From contig JBGUGD010000004.1 of the NCBI GenBank assembly GCA_041697335.1, forward strand, positions 32,001 through 96,000: a stretch of DNA of 64,000 nucleotides, given 5' to 3'. The translations under genes were made by a program, and so were the position numbers. This stretch comes from Vampirovibrionaceae bacterium NZW_1234. GTDB taxonomy: Bacteria > Cyanobacteriota > Vampirovibrionia > Vampirovibrionales > JAGQHJ01. Positions 9,383 to 20,338 of the stretch are shown here, in pieces. Below the pieces are notes generated by a model. It saw only the letters and a list, made by a program, of their open reading frames with translations. It had not been told where the DNA came from and made no database searches. Every line of letters begins with the position of its first letter. The stretch's first letter is position 1.

Positions 9383-10327
9383 GTGACGAGACCTTATTTT
9401 AACGCGGCGATTAGCTCGCAAAATAACGTGTATGCTCGCCAGCTGTTGCTTGGGCAAAATTTATATGGACGTGTTCTGGCAGGGACCCAGAATGCCAATG
9501 TCAATATTTCCGGCATGGGTACCGCTTTTTTTAGCGCGAGAGCCAATGTCGGGGGGACATTTAATTTTAATGACACCCGAACATTTTTTACGGCGCTACA
9601 AAATTTCACAGGCACCATTACTGCGGGGGTTCAAAATAACCGATGGAGTTTTGGCAACCAGTTTCAGGGGAATTTAACCTTTGGTGATGGCAGAAATACA
9701 GTCATCATGAAAGATAATGCTGCTGGGACAGTGAATGGTGGCCATGGTACCAATACCTGGGATATTGGTAAGAATTTTAAAGGGATATTTAATGTCGGTG
9801 ATGGCAATAATACAGCGAAGTTCAAGACGGGCTTCGAAGGCACGCTGACCTTTGGCAATGGTCGCAATAAGTTTACCTTTGGTGATGATATCAAAGGCGG
9901 GAGCTTGACGGCTGGCGATGGGGGTAACACCATCACCCTAGGACGCAATGCCAAGGACTTCACGGTTCAAACCGGTGATGGGCGAGACCTGCTCCATCTG
10001 TATGACAACTTCTCGGGACTGACCATCAATACTGATAACGGGGATGATGAGATCATGATTGAGAACAATACAGATGTGAATAATATGCGTAAGGCATTCG
10101 GGACAAATACGCATATTAATGCCGGTGCTGGGCATGATACGGTCTATCTGCGCTGGATGAATGCCGATGATACCAACTATGTCTTTACAAAAGATGCCAC
10201 GGGCAAAGTAACACTCAAAGACGTCGCCGCCGATAAAACGTTGACCTTTGAAGGTGTTGAGGCCTTCCAGCTGAATTTAAAGACGCTGACACTGGACGAG
10301 ATCCCCTTGGAAGACCAAGGTAGTTAG
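9383..10327 (+). CDS. Beta-solenoid/RTX-like repeat protein
   Basis: ~19-aa repeats F.G.(L/F)(T/N).G(D/N)G.N; GAGHDTV; C-terminal LTFEGVEAFQL. Confidence 0.6.
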   Translation: MTRPYFNAAISSQNNVYARQLLLGQNLYGRVLAGTQNANVNISGMGTAFFSARANVGGTFNFNDTRTFFTALQNFTGTITAGVQNNRWSFGNQFQGNLTFGDGRNTVIMKDNAAGTVNGGHGTNTWDIGKNFKGIFNVGDGNNTAKFKTGFEGTLTFGNGRNKFTFGDDIKGGSLTAGDGGNTITLGRNAKDFTVQTGDGRDLLHLYDNFSGLTINTDNGDDEIMIENNTDVNNMRKAFGTNTHINAGAGHDTVYLRWMNADDTNYVFTKDATGKVTLKDVAADKTLTFEGVEAFQLNLKTLTLDEIPLEDQGS

Positions 10328-10394
10328 ACGCTCTTTTGACTTTTATAGCCATTTTTAGGGTGCTTCCTGTTGGTTTTGTATTGGGCTGGGTATA

Positions 10395-11537
10395 ATGGAG
10401 CCGATGCAGGACTCACCCGAAACGTTGATGCGACGATGCCTCGAATTAGCCCGTATGGGGCGAGGCCGAACCCACCCGAATCCGATGGTGGGTTGTGTGG
10501 TGTTGGATAAGCATGGCCAAGTGGTTGGTGAAGGGTATCATCAACAGTATGGCGGCCCACATGCTGAAGTATTTGCGTTACAGCAGGCCGGGAGCAGCGC
10601 CCAAGGAGGCACGCTTTATGTCAGCTTGGAGCCATGCAGCCATGCCGGTAAAACGCCTCCCTGTGCCGATGCGGTCATCGCTGCTGGGGTTCATCGGGTC
10701 GTCTGCGGCATGGTGGATCCCAACCCCAAAGTGGCCGGTTCGGGGATTGAAAGGCTTCGAACTCAAGGTATTGATGTCGAGGTAGGGCTCTTGGAAGAAG
10801 AGTGCAAAGCCTTAAATGAGGCATTCAGCCATCGGATTTTAACCGGCGAGCCTTTTATGGTTCTCAAGCATGCGATGACCCTGGATGGTCGGGTCGCAAC
10901 TCGCACTGGTCAGAGCCAGTGGATAACCGGTCTGGAGTCCAGAGCCTGGGTCCATGATCTTCGTGCAGAATCTTGTGCCGTTCTTACTACGGCCGAGAGT
11001 GTCATTAAGGACCAAAGCCGCTTGACTGTGCGTGAGGTCCCTTTGCTTGGGGCGCCGCCGGTTCGTATGGTTTTGGATCGGCGTGGGCGCTTACATCCGG
11101 CAAGAGACAGGCTGTTGCAATGCATCTCAGATGAAGGCGAGGTCTGGGTTTTTACGGCCAAGGCACAGCTGAATTCTCAGTATGCTAGACAACTCGAAAA
11201 AGCCGGTGCAAAGGTAATTGCCGTGTCTGAAACAGGGTTGGGTTTGTCATTGAGAGAGGTCATTGCAGCATGTGGACACGCCCGTTTCACCCAGGTCTTG
11301 GTTGAAGCCGGAGGACATTTGGCGGGTGCTTTGATGCAGCATCGTGAACTGCAAAAGCTATGGCTTGTGTATGGGCCAAAACTATTAATGGACCCGGCCG
11401 CACTTGCGGGCTTCGTAGGGGCTCCCGTGATGACGCTTGCTGAGGGAATATCCTTTTCGATTCGCTCCACCCGGCTGCTCGGGGATAGCGTATTGGTGGA
11501 AGCGTATCCCGAATACGAGTTTTCTAAAGAATTGTAA
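10395..11537 (+). CDS. ribD: Riboflavin biosynthesis deaminase/reductase RibD
   Basis: PNPMVG, HAE, LEPC.H...PPC, TLDG, SQWIT and VEAGG motifs. Confidence 0.96.
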   Translation: MEPMQDSPETLMRRCLELARMGRGRTHPNPMVGCVVLDKHGQVVGEGYHQQYGGPHAEVFALQQAGSSAQGGTLYVSLEPCSHAGKTPPCADAVIAAGVHRVVCGMVDPNPKVAGSGIERLRTQGIDVEVGLLEEECKALNEAFSHRILTGEPFMVLKHAMTLDGRVATRTGQSQWITGLESRAWVHDLRAESCAVLTTAESVIKDQSRLTVREVPLLGAPPVRMVLDRRGRLHPARDRLLQCISDEGEVWVFTAKAQLNSQYARQLEKAGAKVIAVSETGLGLSLREVIAACGHARFTQVLVEAGGHLAGALMQHRELQKLWLVYGPKLLMDPAALAGFVGAPVMTLAEGISFSIRSTRLLGDSVLVEAYPEYEFSKEL

Positions 11538-11667
11538 CGAATTTCTGAAATGCCTCGCAACGAACGGGCTTGATTTGTTTATATCTATCATTAATGCCCC
11601 CAGGAATCGAAGGTGGTCCCTCTAACAAACTTAGCCACCGGAACGGATACCAGGAGACCTCCCACAG

Positions 11668-12726
11668 ATGAGCGTGAATGCCATACGTGGCACCTCAAGT
11701 CAAATTTTTCGCTTACTGACCAACACCAATCAGCGGATTATCCAACGCGCCCCGTATTTAAAACAAGGGGGCGAAATCCTATTCAAACTGCCGGTGCTGG
11801 AACTCGCGCTCTTTTTGCCGCTGTTATATTCCTATTTGTATAAGCAAGGTCAGGATAAAAATAAGCTGGTTCCGGGTGCTACCGGTGATTGGACTCCTCT
11901 GCAGGCGATGATGGAAGCCGGGGTGACCTATGGGATGGTCCAGCACACCAAGAATCTTTTTCCTGCCGTGGGTTTGGGTTGGGCTGTCTATGAGGTCGGG
12001 GCTGCTAAAACCCCCCTCGAAAAGCAACAGGCATTATTGAAAGCAGCAGTGCTCTTTTCAATGGGCTTTGCCGGTATTCGAGCCGGTCAGGTTCTTTCGG
12101 ATGTGTATCGCCAATTCGATGCCAATAACATCCAGAAACTTCTGAAAACTCCGGCCTTAGCCAAGCTGATGAACCTTCAGGTCCGCCCCAATATTCCAAA
12201 CCCGACCATGAGGGAAGAAATAAGCCTGTTGCTTAAGGAACTCAGTGACAAAACTACCCGGTTTAGCACTTTCTTTAAGGGTAAAAACCCCAAGGCGGCT
12301 GAGGAAGGGCTTCGTGTGGTAACTCGAGAGTTGGCCGAGGCTCAGGCCAAGTTCTTAAACCAAATTGCAAAGTATAAACCTGCCCAGCTCAAGACTCTTG
12401 GGACCCCCTTTTCTACAGCGATGACACGACTGACCCAAAGTGTGGGCCGGTCCCAAACCGCGAACGCCATTCGTCTATTTAACCCGATGTTTGGGTATTT
12501 GCTGGGGATCTCCCTTCTGGGTGTGCCGCTTCTAAAGTTGGCCGCAGACACTATTTTGCCTAAAGGCAAGCCTATTCGTACCCGAGATTGGTATGAGGTT
12601 GGCCCTATGTGGTTTCATCGGGTGTTTGGACAAGGCCAACACGTTGAACCCATTGAAGAACGCTTTCCGATTTTAAAAGCCAATGGTCCTGCCTTACTCA
12701 AGGAAGCTTCCGCTGGGCAGCATTAA
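11668..12726 (+). CDS. Hypothetical multi-pass membrane protein
   Basis: 352-aa ORF with AGGAG RBS and several hydrophobic helices; no recognisable family. Confidence 0.75.
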   Translation: MSVNAIRGTSSQIFRLLTNTNQRIIQRAPYLKQGGEILFKLPVLELALFLPLLYSYLYKQGQDKNKLVPGATGDWTPLQAMMEAGVTYGMVQHTKNLFPAVGLGWAVYEVGAAKTPLEKQQALLKAAVLFSMGFAGIRAGQVLSDVYRQFDANNIQKLLKTPALAKLMNLQVRPNIPNPTMREEISLLLKELSDKTTRFSTFFKGKNPKAAEEGLRVVTRELAEAQAKFLNQIAKYKPAQLKTLGTPFSTAMTRLTQSVGRSQTANAIRLFNPMFGYLLGISLLGVPLLKLAADTILPKGKPIRTRDWYEVGPMWFHRVFGQGQHVEPIEERFPILKANGPALLKEASAGQH

Positions 12727-12748
12727 GAATAGCCTTCCCTGAGTTTCG

Positions 12749-14311
12749 TTAAAGACTGGATGTGGCCAGCGGAGAGGGCTGATGCATCAGCAAGGATTGA
12801 GCGGTCATTTCTGCAGGTTGTGCAATCCCCATAATGTCTAAAATGGTGGGTGACACGTTGGCCAAGGAATACTGGCGACTGGTATCCAATTGAAAGGTAT
12901 GGGTAGTGGAGGCCACCACAAAGGGCACCAAATTAGTGGTGTGGGCGGTATGGGGGTTTCCCTCGCCGTCACACATGGTTTCGATATTGCCGTGATCGGC
13001 CGTCAAAATAAGCACCCAGCCATTCTCCAGTGCACTAGTGACCACTTTCTGGAGACCCTCGTCAACGGCTTTAACAGCATCCACAGCAGCACCCATAACA
13101 CCGGTGTGTCCTACCATGTCGGGGTTGGCAAAATTGGTGGCAATAAATTGGTATTGCCCACTTTCAATGGCATGAACAACTTCATCGGCCACACCGGGTA
13201 AACTCATTTCCGGTTGTAAATCGTAGGTGGGTACCTTCGGAGATGCAATCAATTTCCGATCTTCGCCCGGGTAAGGTTCTTCAAAACCACCGTTGAAGAA
13301 ATAGGTGACATGCGCATATTTTTCGGTCTCGGCGGTACGGAACTGTCGAACTCCCTGCTCACTTAAAACCTGGGCAAGAATATGGGTTAACGGTTGCTTA
13401 GGATAGGCAATGGGGGCTGTCAGGGTTTCGTCATACATGGTCATGCAGACAAAGGCTAAATCCTGCACTATTTTCTTTCGGGCAAAACCGCTAAAGTCCG
13501 GGTCGATAAAGGCCCGGGTGAGTTGACGAGCCCGATCGGGCCGGAAATTGAAAAAGATAATGGCGTCCCCGTCGGCCATTCCTTCATAGGTCAAATCACA
13601 GACACAGGGAGTTACAAACTCATCGGTTTCATCCTGACGATAGGCCGAAAGAACGGCATCACGACTCAGGAAGTGACGAGCCCCCGTGGCCATGGTAAGG
13701 TTGTCATAAGCTTTTTCGACGCGCTCCCAGCGATTATCCCGGTCCATGGCATAGTAACGGCCGTTGACCGTAGCAATCTGGGCATAGTCCAGGTCAAGTA
13801 GTTTTTCTTCCACAGGTGCCAAGTAGGCCTCGGCACTCTTCGGAGGAACATCCCGGCCGTCTAGGAAGGCATGAATCCGAAGTTTTTCAACCCCATTGGC
13901 TTTCGCCATATCGATCAAGGCTAAAATATGCTCCAGGCTACTGTGAACGCCGCCGTCACTAACGAGCCCCATTAAGTGGAGTGTACTGTTACGTTCTTTT
14001 GCATGGGTCATGGCGTCCAACAGTACAGTGTTCTGAAAGAAATCGCCATCCCGAATGGCTTTGTTAATACGAGTCAAATCCTGATACACAACCCGACCGG
14101 CTCCCATATTGAGGTGTCCCACTTCCGAGTTTCCCATTTGCCCCTCAGGTAAACCAACGGCTTCTCCTGAGGCATCTAAAGCAATGTGAGGGTGCTTGGC
14201 CAGAAGGGTGTCATAAAAGCTGGGCTGAGCCGCGGCAATGGCATTCCCGCTGGTTTCGGTGCGAATGCCCCAGCCATCCAAAATTACTAGAATCACAGGT
14301 TGATGTTTCAT
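12749..14311 (-). CDS. gpmI: 2,3-bisphosphoglycerate-independent phosphoglycerate mutase
   Basis: LDGWG, MGNSEVGH, GRYYAMDRD, NPDMVGHTG and TADHGN motifs; ATG 14311 chosen as start. Confidence 0.97.
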   Translation of the reverse strand: MKHQPVILVILDGWGIRTETSGNAIAAAQPSFYDTLLAKHPHIALDASGEAVGLPEGQMGNSEVGHLNMGAGRVVYQDLTRINKAIRDGDFFQNTVLLDAMTHAKERNSTLHLMGLVSDGGVHSSLEHILALIDMAKANGVEKLRIHAFLDGRDVPPKSAEAYLAPVEEKLLDLDYAQIATVNGRYYAMDRDNRWERVEKAYDNLTMATGARHFLSRDAVLSAYRQDETDEFVTPCVCDLTYEGMADGDAIIFFNFRPDRARQLTRAFIDPDFSGFARKKIVQDLAFVCMTMYDETLTAPIAYPKQPLTHILAQVLSEQGVRQFRTAETEKYAHVTYFFNGGFEEPYPGEDRKLIASPKVPTYDLQPEMSLPGVADEVVHAIESGQYQFIATNFANPDMVGHTGVMGAAVDAVKAVDEGLQKVVTSALENGWVLILTADHGNIETMCDGEGNPHTAHTTNLVPFVVASTTHTFQLDTSRQYSLANVSPTILDIMGIAQPAEMTAQSLLMHQPSPLATSSL

Positions 14312-14369
14312 ATAATAAAGGGTATCAGGTTCAAACCCTCGCGTAAAGTTAGCCAAGGATACCATTGCA

Positions 14370-15302
14370 TTGACACCCATTGCCTATTTTAAAGGACAGT
14401 ACGTTCCCGAAGATCAAGCCAATATCAACATTAAAACCCATGCGTTCCTCTATGGAACCTCTGTTTTTGAAGGAATTCGGGGGTATTGGAATGAAGAAAG
14501 CCAGTCCATTTACTTGTTTCGCGCCCAGGAACATTTTGAGCGGATGCTGCAAAGTGCCAAGATTGTCCTGTTGGATCCGCCCCTGGATTTGGAGGGCCTG
14601 ATGGATACCTGCCGGGAGCTGGTGATTCGAAATGGGTTTCGAAGCGATGTCTACCTGCAGCCCCGTTTCTACAAGTCGGGCCATATTGTGCCGCCTCGCC
14701 TGGATGATGTGAGCACGGATTATTGTTGCTTTGTTCTGCCTTTTGGCGCCTATCTCGATTTGGACAAGGGCTTGAATGTCTGTGTGTCCAGCTGGCGTCG
14801 TGTGTCGGATAACGCCATTCCACCCCGAGGTAAGGTCGGTGGAGCTTATGTGAATACTGGGCTCGTGATGGCTGAAGCTCATATGAATGGGTTTGATGAT
14901 GGCATTTTGTTGACCGATGAAGGCAACGTGTCTGAAGGCAGCGGGATGAATCTGTTTCTATACAAAGATGGCAAACTCATCACTTCACGCCGGACCGATT
15001 GCATCTTGGAAGGCATTACACGGGCATCAATTATTGAGATTGCCCGAAACGAACTGGGTGTTGAAACCGAGGAACGCCCTGTCAACCGTACCGAACTGTA
15101 TTTGGCGGATGAAGCCTTCTTTACCGGAACAGCAGCCCAAGTAGCCCCTATTGCCAGCATTGATCACCGTAAACTCGGAAACGGCAAGCCCGGCGAATTT
15201 GCCATGACCCTTCAAAAGCTCTATATCGACATTGCCAAAGGGAAGCATCCCAAGTACCACTCGTGGTTAACCGAAGTGAAGCTGCCTGCGCATGCCCGTT
15301 GA
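14370..15302 (+). CDS. ilvE: Branched-chain amino acid aminotransferase
   Basis: YGTSVFEGIR, K..GAYVN, EGSGMN, LEGITR and GTAAQV motifs. Confidence 0.93.
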   Translation: MTPIAYFKGQYVPEDQANINIKTHAFLYGTSVFEGIRGYWNEESQSIYLFRAQEHFERMLQSAKIVLLDPPLDLEGLMDTCRELVIRNGFRSDVYLQPRFYKSGHIVPPRLDDVSTDYCCFVLPFGAYLDLDKGLNVCVSSWRRVSDNAIPPRGKVGGAYVNTGLVMAEAHMNGFDDGILLTDEGNVSEGSGMNLFLYKDGKLITSRRTDCILEGITRASIIEIARNELGVETEERPVNRTELYLADEAFFTGTAAQVAPIASIDHRKLGNGKPGEFAMTLQKLYIDIAKGKHPKYHSWLTEVKLPAHAR

Positions 15303-16050
15303 TGATATGTTAGATGGCATTGGCCAGGTCAGCTTAAACCTGGCCAATGCCATACGCTACTTGGGAGAGGGGCGTATCAAGCTGGCACATGTGCTTCAGC
15401 AGATGGCGGCAATTGGTTTTGACTCGATTCCAGTGGCTATGATTATTAGCCTGATTTCGGGGTGCGTTTTATCGCTGCATGCTGCCGAAAAATTTGCCAT
15501 GACTGGGGCCAACGCCTATGTGGGTTCGTTGGTTGCGCTGGCAACCGTTCGGGAGATGGGGCCCATTTTTACGGCCATGGCCATTGGGGCAAGGGCGGGA
15601 ACCGCGATCTCGGCAGAAATTGCCAATATGGCCGTGACCAATCAGTTGGACGCCATGCGCATCATGAAGATCAGCCCCATTCGCTACCTGATGGTGCCTC
15701 GCTTATTGGCCTGTATCCTGAGCTTGCCCTTGATTACCATTTTGGCCGAAGCGGTTGGCATCTGGGGGGGGATGATCACGGCCCGCTATGTCGCCTCCAT
15801 TCATTACCCGATGTACTTGGATGCGGTCTGGCTGACCTTGAAGTGGTATGACATCGAAGTTAGCCTCATTAAATCGGTGGTGTTCGGGATTATTTTGGCA
15901 GGAATTACGGTTACTACCGGGTTAAATACACGAGGGGGGGCTAGAAGTGTCGGTTTAGCCACAACCCAAGCCACGGTTTGGACCGCCATCTCCATCATTG
16001 TGGCTGATTTCTTTTTGACCTGGATGTTTTTTGGAACATCCTTTGAATAA
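15292..16050 (+). CDS. mlaE: MlaE family ABC transporter permease
   Basis: REMGPIFTA, AEIANM..T.QLDA, GGARSVG.ATT motifs. Confidence 0.9.
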   Translation: MPVDDMLDGIGQVSLNLANAIRYLGEGRIKLAHVLQQMAAIGFDSIPVAMIISLISGCVLSLHAAEKFAMTGANAYVGSLVALATVREMGPIFTAMAIGARAGTAISAEIANMAVTNQLDAMRIMKISPIRYLMVPRLLACILSLPLITILAEAVGIWGGMITARYVASIHYPMYLDAVWLTLKWYDIEVSLIKSVVFGIILAGITVTTGLNTRGGARSVGLATTQATVWTAISIIVADFFLTWMFFGTSFE

Positions 16051-16138
16051 GGCAGTATCGAAACCAAATTCAAGAATCAATTGCGCTGAGGGTTGGGGTT
16101 TGATTCAATCTCAATGAGTGTTAAATAAGAGCGTATAG

Positions 16139-16666
16139 GTGATGGTGTCTCCAGTTTCTCCCTATTGGTCATCGTCTTTACCCTGGCCAGGTATTGGTAC
16201 TGTGCCCGCCTTGGGTGGATGGCGGATTGCTCAAGCGGCCAAAATGTTCTGGAATCACTCCAGTGAGGATGGGCCCGATAGTGGCAATCTGGCTTGTGCC
16301 TATATGGTGAATAAGGTGTTGAAGTCTGCCTTGGGAAAAACCTATGGCCGGGATCCTGATACGGTAAACTCGGTTCGGGATGACTTGTTGGCCCAGGGGG
16401 GACGCCGAATTGTATATCCGGAATTGCCTCAGCCCGGAGACCTGGCGTTATCCTTTAATGACAAGGCCTTAAGGGGCATCGGCGGGGGAACAGCGCATAT
16501 CGGGATTTTTATTGATCCCTGGACAATTTTGGCCAATAGCAGTAAGAACCGACGTTTTAATCAAAGGGTTTCGCCGCAACAGTTTGCCAAGTTATACACC
16601 TATTTTGAAGTCATTCGGCCGCCTGAAGCGCTGCAATTAAACCCTCAGTCTGGATGGTGGGTATAG
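16139..16666 (+). CDS. NlpC/P60/CHAP-like cysteine amidase
   Basis: LACAYMVN (catalytic Cys), PGD, AHIGI (catalytic His). Confidence 0.7.
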   Translation: MMVSPVSPYWSSSLPWPGIGTVPALGGWRIAQAAKMFWNHSSEDGPDSGNLACAYMVNKVLKSALGKTYGRDPDTVNSVRDDLLAQGGRRIVYPELPQPGDLALSFNDKALRGIGGGTAHIGIFIDPWTILANSSKNRRFNQRVSPQQFAKLYTYFEVIRPPEALQLNPQSGWWV

Positions 16667-16773
16667 TGTGAGTTGGGACTTTAACCAAAAAGAAACCCAA
16701 TCAAGGGTTTTGTTTTTGGTGGAAATTGTTTAGGATAGGCACATCTGGCTCACAGGAAGAGGAGGCTTCTGTC

Positions 16774-17715
16774 ATGTTAATGACTCTGACATTAAATCCG
16801 GCCATTGATTATTTAATTACGGTTCCCGAGATTTCCTTGGAGGATACCTTACGGGCGAAGACCGTTTTGTTTCAGCCGGGTGGTAAGGGGGTCAATGTGA
16901 GTCGTGTTCTGCATCGCCTGGGAGTCGAAAATATTGCATCCGGCTTTTGCGGGGGAGATACGGGTCAATGGCTAAGGTCGTTTCTCGATGATGAGGGCGT
17001 TTCTCATGATTTTGTGGCCGTTGAATCCCAAACTCGGGTCAATACCATTATTACAGAACAGCATGAACGCGGGCAGCTCCGTATTAGTGCCCCTGGCGGA
17101 CGTATTCGCAACGATGAGTGGCATTTGTTATGTGAGCGGCTTCGGAACCTGCCCGGGGATATTCGTTGGGTGACGCTGGGAGGGAATGTCCCTCCTCCGT
17201 TAGAAGCGTCTGCTCTTCGAGAACTACTTGAACTGTTAAACACTCGGGGCGTTTCGACTGTCGTTGACGCCGATGGGGCAGTCTTACAAGAGGCATTGGC
17301 GGCATCGCCGTTTTTAATCAAACCCAACCGCTACGAACTGGAACGTCTCACGGGACGGTCTATGGCAACACTTGATGATGTGGTAGGAGCCTCCCGCAGT
17401 TTGATTCAAGCGGGTAAAACCCAGGCCGTTGTTACCTCCCTCGCCGAAGCTGGGGCTGTGTTGGTCACGGATGATGAAGTGCTTACAGCGAAAGCTCCCG
17501 AGGTGGATGTCATGAGTAAAGTGGGTGCAGGGGACTCTATGGTTGCTGGGGTATTAAAGGCACTTTGCGAAGAGGCGCCCTGGGAAGAGGTTCTTCGGAT
17601 GGGGGTTGCTGCAGGTACGGCAACCGTAATGAATCCAGCCAACTATTTGCTTCAAGCCTATCAGTATGAAGATCTTCTGGCTCAGGTAGAGGTAACCCCG
17701 TGGATTCCGGCTTAG
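16774..17715 (+). CDS. 1-phosphofructokinase family (PfkB) sugar kinase
   Basis: TLNPAID, GGKGVNV, IKPN..EL and VGAGDS motifs; GGAGG RBS. Confidence 0.92.
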   Translation: MLMTLTLNPAIDYLITVPEISLEDTLRAKTVLFQPGGKGVNVSRVLHRLGVENIASGFCGGDTGQWLRSFLDDEGVSHDFVAVESQTRVNTIITEQHERGQLRISAPGGRIRNDEWHLLCERLRNLPGDIRWVTLGGNVPPPLEASALRELLELLNTRGVSTVVDADGAVLQEALAASPFLIKPNRYELERLTGRSMATLDDVVGASRSLIQAGKTQAVVTSLAEAGAVLVTDDEVLTAKAPEVDVMSKVGAGDSMVAGVLKALCEEAPWEEVLRMGVAAGTATVMNPANYLLQAYQYEDLLAQVEVTPWIPA

Positions 17716-18971
17716 CTGGGGCTAAACCCAGGAATCATAACAGGGGCTTTAATCACAGTGCCTTTGGCCACCACGGTAACACCGCTGGGTGAGATGTAAA
17801 AACCGCGAGCCCTGTCTTCCTGAGGGTCATAGCCGATCCGGGTGTTGGCTGGAATATCGACACCCTTATCGATGATGGCTTTTCGAATCTGAGCATGGCG
17901 CCCAACATTTACCCCATGCATCAAAATCGAATCCTCGATTTTGGCAAAGCTGTTGACTCGTACATAAGGCGATAAGATACAGCGATCCAGATGTCCCCCA
18001 CTGTTAATACAGCCATCGGATACCAGAGAGTCGGTAGCAAAGCCACGGCGATCGTCATCAGCAAAGACGAATTTGGCTGGAGGGGCCTGATAGGAATAGG
18101 TCCGAATCGGCCATTGGGGGTTATAGAGGTTAAAGATGGGGGATACGGTCACAAGATCCATGCTGGATTCCCAGTAGGCGTCAATGGTCCCCACATCACG
18201 CCAGTATCCTCGCTCAGGCTCTTGCATCCCTGGATGGGAGTTTTGGGCAAAGTCATACACATAGACATTCCGACGCAGATACATAGAGGCAATGATATCC
18301 TTGCCAAAATCATGGGCCGAGCTTTCTTGATCGGCATCATCCACCAATTCCCGGATCATAATGTCGCGATTAAACACATAATTACCCATGGAGGCGAGTG
18401 TCCATCCAGGACGACCTGGAATTTCTTTGGGATCTTTGGGTTTTTCCTGCCAGCCAATAACCCGGTAATTACTGTCGATTTCGATAATGCCAAATTCCCG
18501 TCCCTGCTCTACGGGCACAGGCAGAGCTGCAATGGTTAGGTCGGCTTGTTTTTCCTGGTGATAATCCAGCATCTGCTGAACGTCCATTTTGTAGATGTGA
18601 TCGCCTCCAAAAACGGCGACAAAATCGGGGTTGTCGTCATAAATCAAATTCAGATTCTGATAGATGGCATCAGCCGTACCTTGGTACCAAGCGCCTCCGG
18701 TGCGCATCTGGGCAGGTACCAAGTCAATGTAATGGTTGTAAAGAGGAGGCATGGGCCAGCCTCGGGTGATATGGCGATTGAGGGAATCCGACTTGAATTG
18801 GGTCAGAATTTTAATTTTATAAATGGCGGAGTTGATGAAATTGTTTAAAGCAAAGTCGATAATGCGATATTTCCCCCCAAACGGGACAGCCGGTTTGGCC
18901 CGATCCATGGTGAGCGGATAAAGGCGACGTCCTTCTCCACCGGCGAGTATCATGCCAAGGACATTTTTCAT
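17712..18971 (-). CDS. glgC: Glucose-1-phosphate adenylyltransferase
   Basis: [28 protein letters not shown] and YWRDVGT motifs. Confidence 0.97.
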   Translation of the reverse strand: MKNVLGMILAGGEGRRLYPLTMDRAKPAVPFGGKYRIIDFALNNFINSAIYKIKILTQFKSDSLNRHITRGWPMPPLYNHYIDLVPAQMRTGGAWYQGTADAIYQNLNLIYDDNPDFVAVFGGDHIYKMDVQQMLDYHQEKQADLTIAALPVPVEQGREFGIIEIDSNYRVIGWQEKPKDPKEIPGRPGWTLASMGNYVFNRDIMIRELVDDADQESSAHDFGKDIIASMYLRRNVYVYDFAQNSHPGMQEPERGYWRDVGTIDAYWESSMDLVTVSPIFNLYNPQWPIRTYSYQAPPAKFVFADDDRRGFATDSLVSDGCINSGGHLDRCILSPYVRVNSFAKIEDSILMHGVNVGRHAQIRKAIIDKGVDIPANTRIGYDPQEDRARGFYISPSGVTVVAKGTVIKAPVMIPGFSPS

Positions 18972-19116
18972 GTGCCCAGGATTCTCCTATTTTGGTTGGC
19001 CTTGATGTGAGATTCCGCTGTTTATTGTGTCAGAATCTCGAGCGTTTGACTAGTCTCCGCTGATGGATAATATAAGCGATTTCAGCGGGTTTGGGCGATC
19101 TCGGCTTAGGGATACC

Positions 19117-20097
19117 CTAGAGCCAGCTGGCTGCATCCAGCGCATGGTAGGTCACTATCAAATCGGCTCCGGCACGTTTGATACCGGTCAGGAGCTCCAG
19201 AACCACTTGCCGCTCGTCAATCCAACCGTGTTGGGCTGCGGCTTTAACCATGCTGTATTCCCCAGAGACGTTATAAGCCACCACTGGCAAGTCGGTTCTC
19301 TCGCGAACTTGGCTTAAAATGTCCAAGTAGCCGATGGCAGGTTTGACCATAAGCATATCAGCTCCTTCCAACATGTCTTCCTCGACCTCGCGGAAGGCTT
19401 CACGCCTGTTACGCCAATCCATCTGGTAACTCCGTCGATCACCAAAGGCCGGTGCAGACGCCGCAGCATCGCGAAACGGGGAATAAAACGCACTGGCGTA
19501 CTTGACGGCATAAGATAAAATGGCCGTGTCGGAAAAGCCGGCATCATCCAAAGCCCAGCGGATGGTTTGGACTCGCCCGTCCATCATGTCCGAGGGGCAC
19601 ACCACATCGGCCCCAGCTTCGGCCTGTGAAACGGCTGCTTTCGCCAAAGTCTCCAATGTCGGATCATTGACCACCTGATTGTCTAAAATGACTCCGCAAT
19701 GACCATGGCTGGTGTATTCACATAAGCAGGTGTCGGTCATAATGACAATATCGTTGCCGAAGGTTTCTCGCAGCTTTCGGGTGGCCTGTTGCACAACCCC
19801 GTGAGATTCATACGAACTGGTGCCTTGGGGATCTTTTTCTTCAGGCACGCCAAACAGCATCAACGCTTTAATGCCCAACTTCAAAGCCTTGTCCGCTTCA
19901 ATCAAGGCATTTTCTATTGAATTTTGATAAATCCCAGGCATTGAGGGGATAGGTCGCTGTTGATGTCGGCCTTCGACCAAAAACAGCGGATAAATAAAGT
20001 CTTGGGGACGGACGTGGGTTTCGGCGGTAAGTTCTCTTAGGGCAGGAGTGCGTCGAAGCCGACGCAGGCGAACGCTGGGGAAGCTCACAGATGACAT
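19117..20097 (-). CDS. hemB: Delta-aminolevulinic acid dehydratase
   Basis: CLCEYTSHGHC, SDMMDGRV, MVKPA and YNVSGEY motifs. Confidence 0.97.
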   Translation of the reverse strand: MSSVSFPSVRLRRLRRTPALRELTAETHVRPQDFIYPLFLVEGRHQQRPIPSMPGIYQNSIENALIEADKALKLGIKALMLFGVPEEKDPQGTSSYESHGVVQQATRKLRETFGNDIVIMTDTCLCEYTSHGHCGVILDNQVVNDPTLETLAKAAVSQAEAGADVVCPSDMMDGRVQTIRWALDDAGFSDTAILSYAVKYASAFYSPFRDAAASAPAFGDRRSYQMDWRNRREAFREVEEDMLEGADMLMVKPAIGYLDILSQVRERTDLPVVAYNVSGEYSMVKAAAQHGWIDERQVVLELLTGIKRAGADLIVTYHALDAASWL

Positions 20098-20273
20098 CCT
20101 TAACTCATGACGTTAGCTTTATTTTATCTTGGTCGTCATTTGGATTCAAAGCGTTGAATTGGAGTGAGTATTCGATCAGCAGTGGGATTATCATGGTAGC
20201 TGCCTTGAGGCTGGATTTTTTTCCTTGAGATATGGAATGACTGACTTCGAAGATATTGGGAAGGAAGACATAA

Positions 20274-20305
20274 ATAGGCCCTGATTCGCCAGAATCAGGG
20301 CCTAT
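20274..20305. terminator. Strong hairpin, probable terminator of the 20339-20683 gene
   Basis: ATAGGCCCTGATTC-gcca-GAATCAGGGCCTAT perfect 14-bp stem. Confidence 0.75.
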
Positions 20306-20338
20306 CCAGTATTGGGTAGCTTAACAAGTGCGGGTATG

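Noticed and set aside
11597..11660. GGTGG...CCACCGG stem considered as a ZTP or FMN riboswitch
   Set aside because: Lacks the ZTP ACUGGCG/CGCCUGGG pseudoknot and the FMN AGGGC...GAAAUUCCCGAC consensus.
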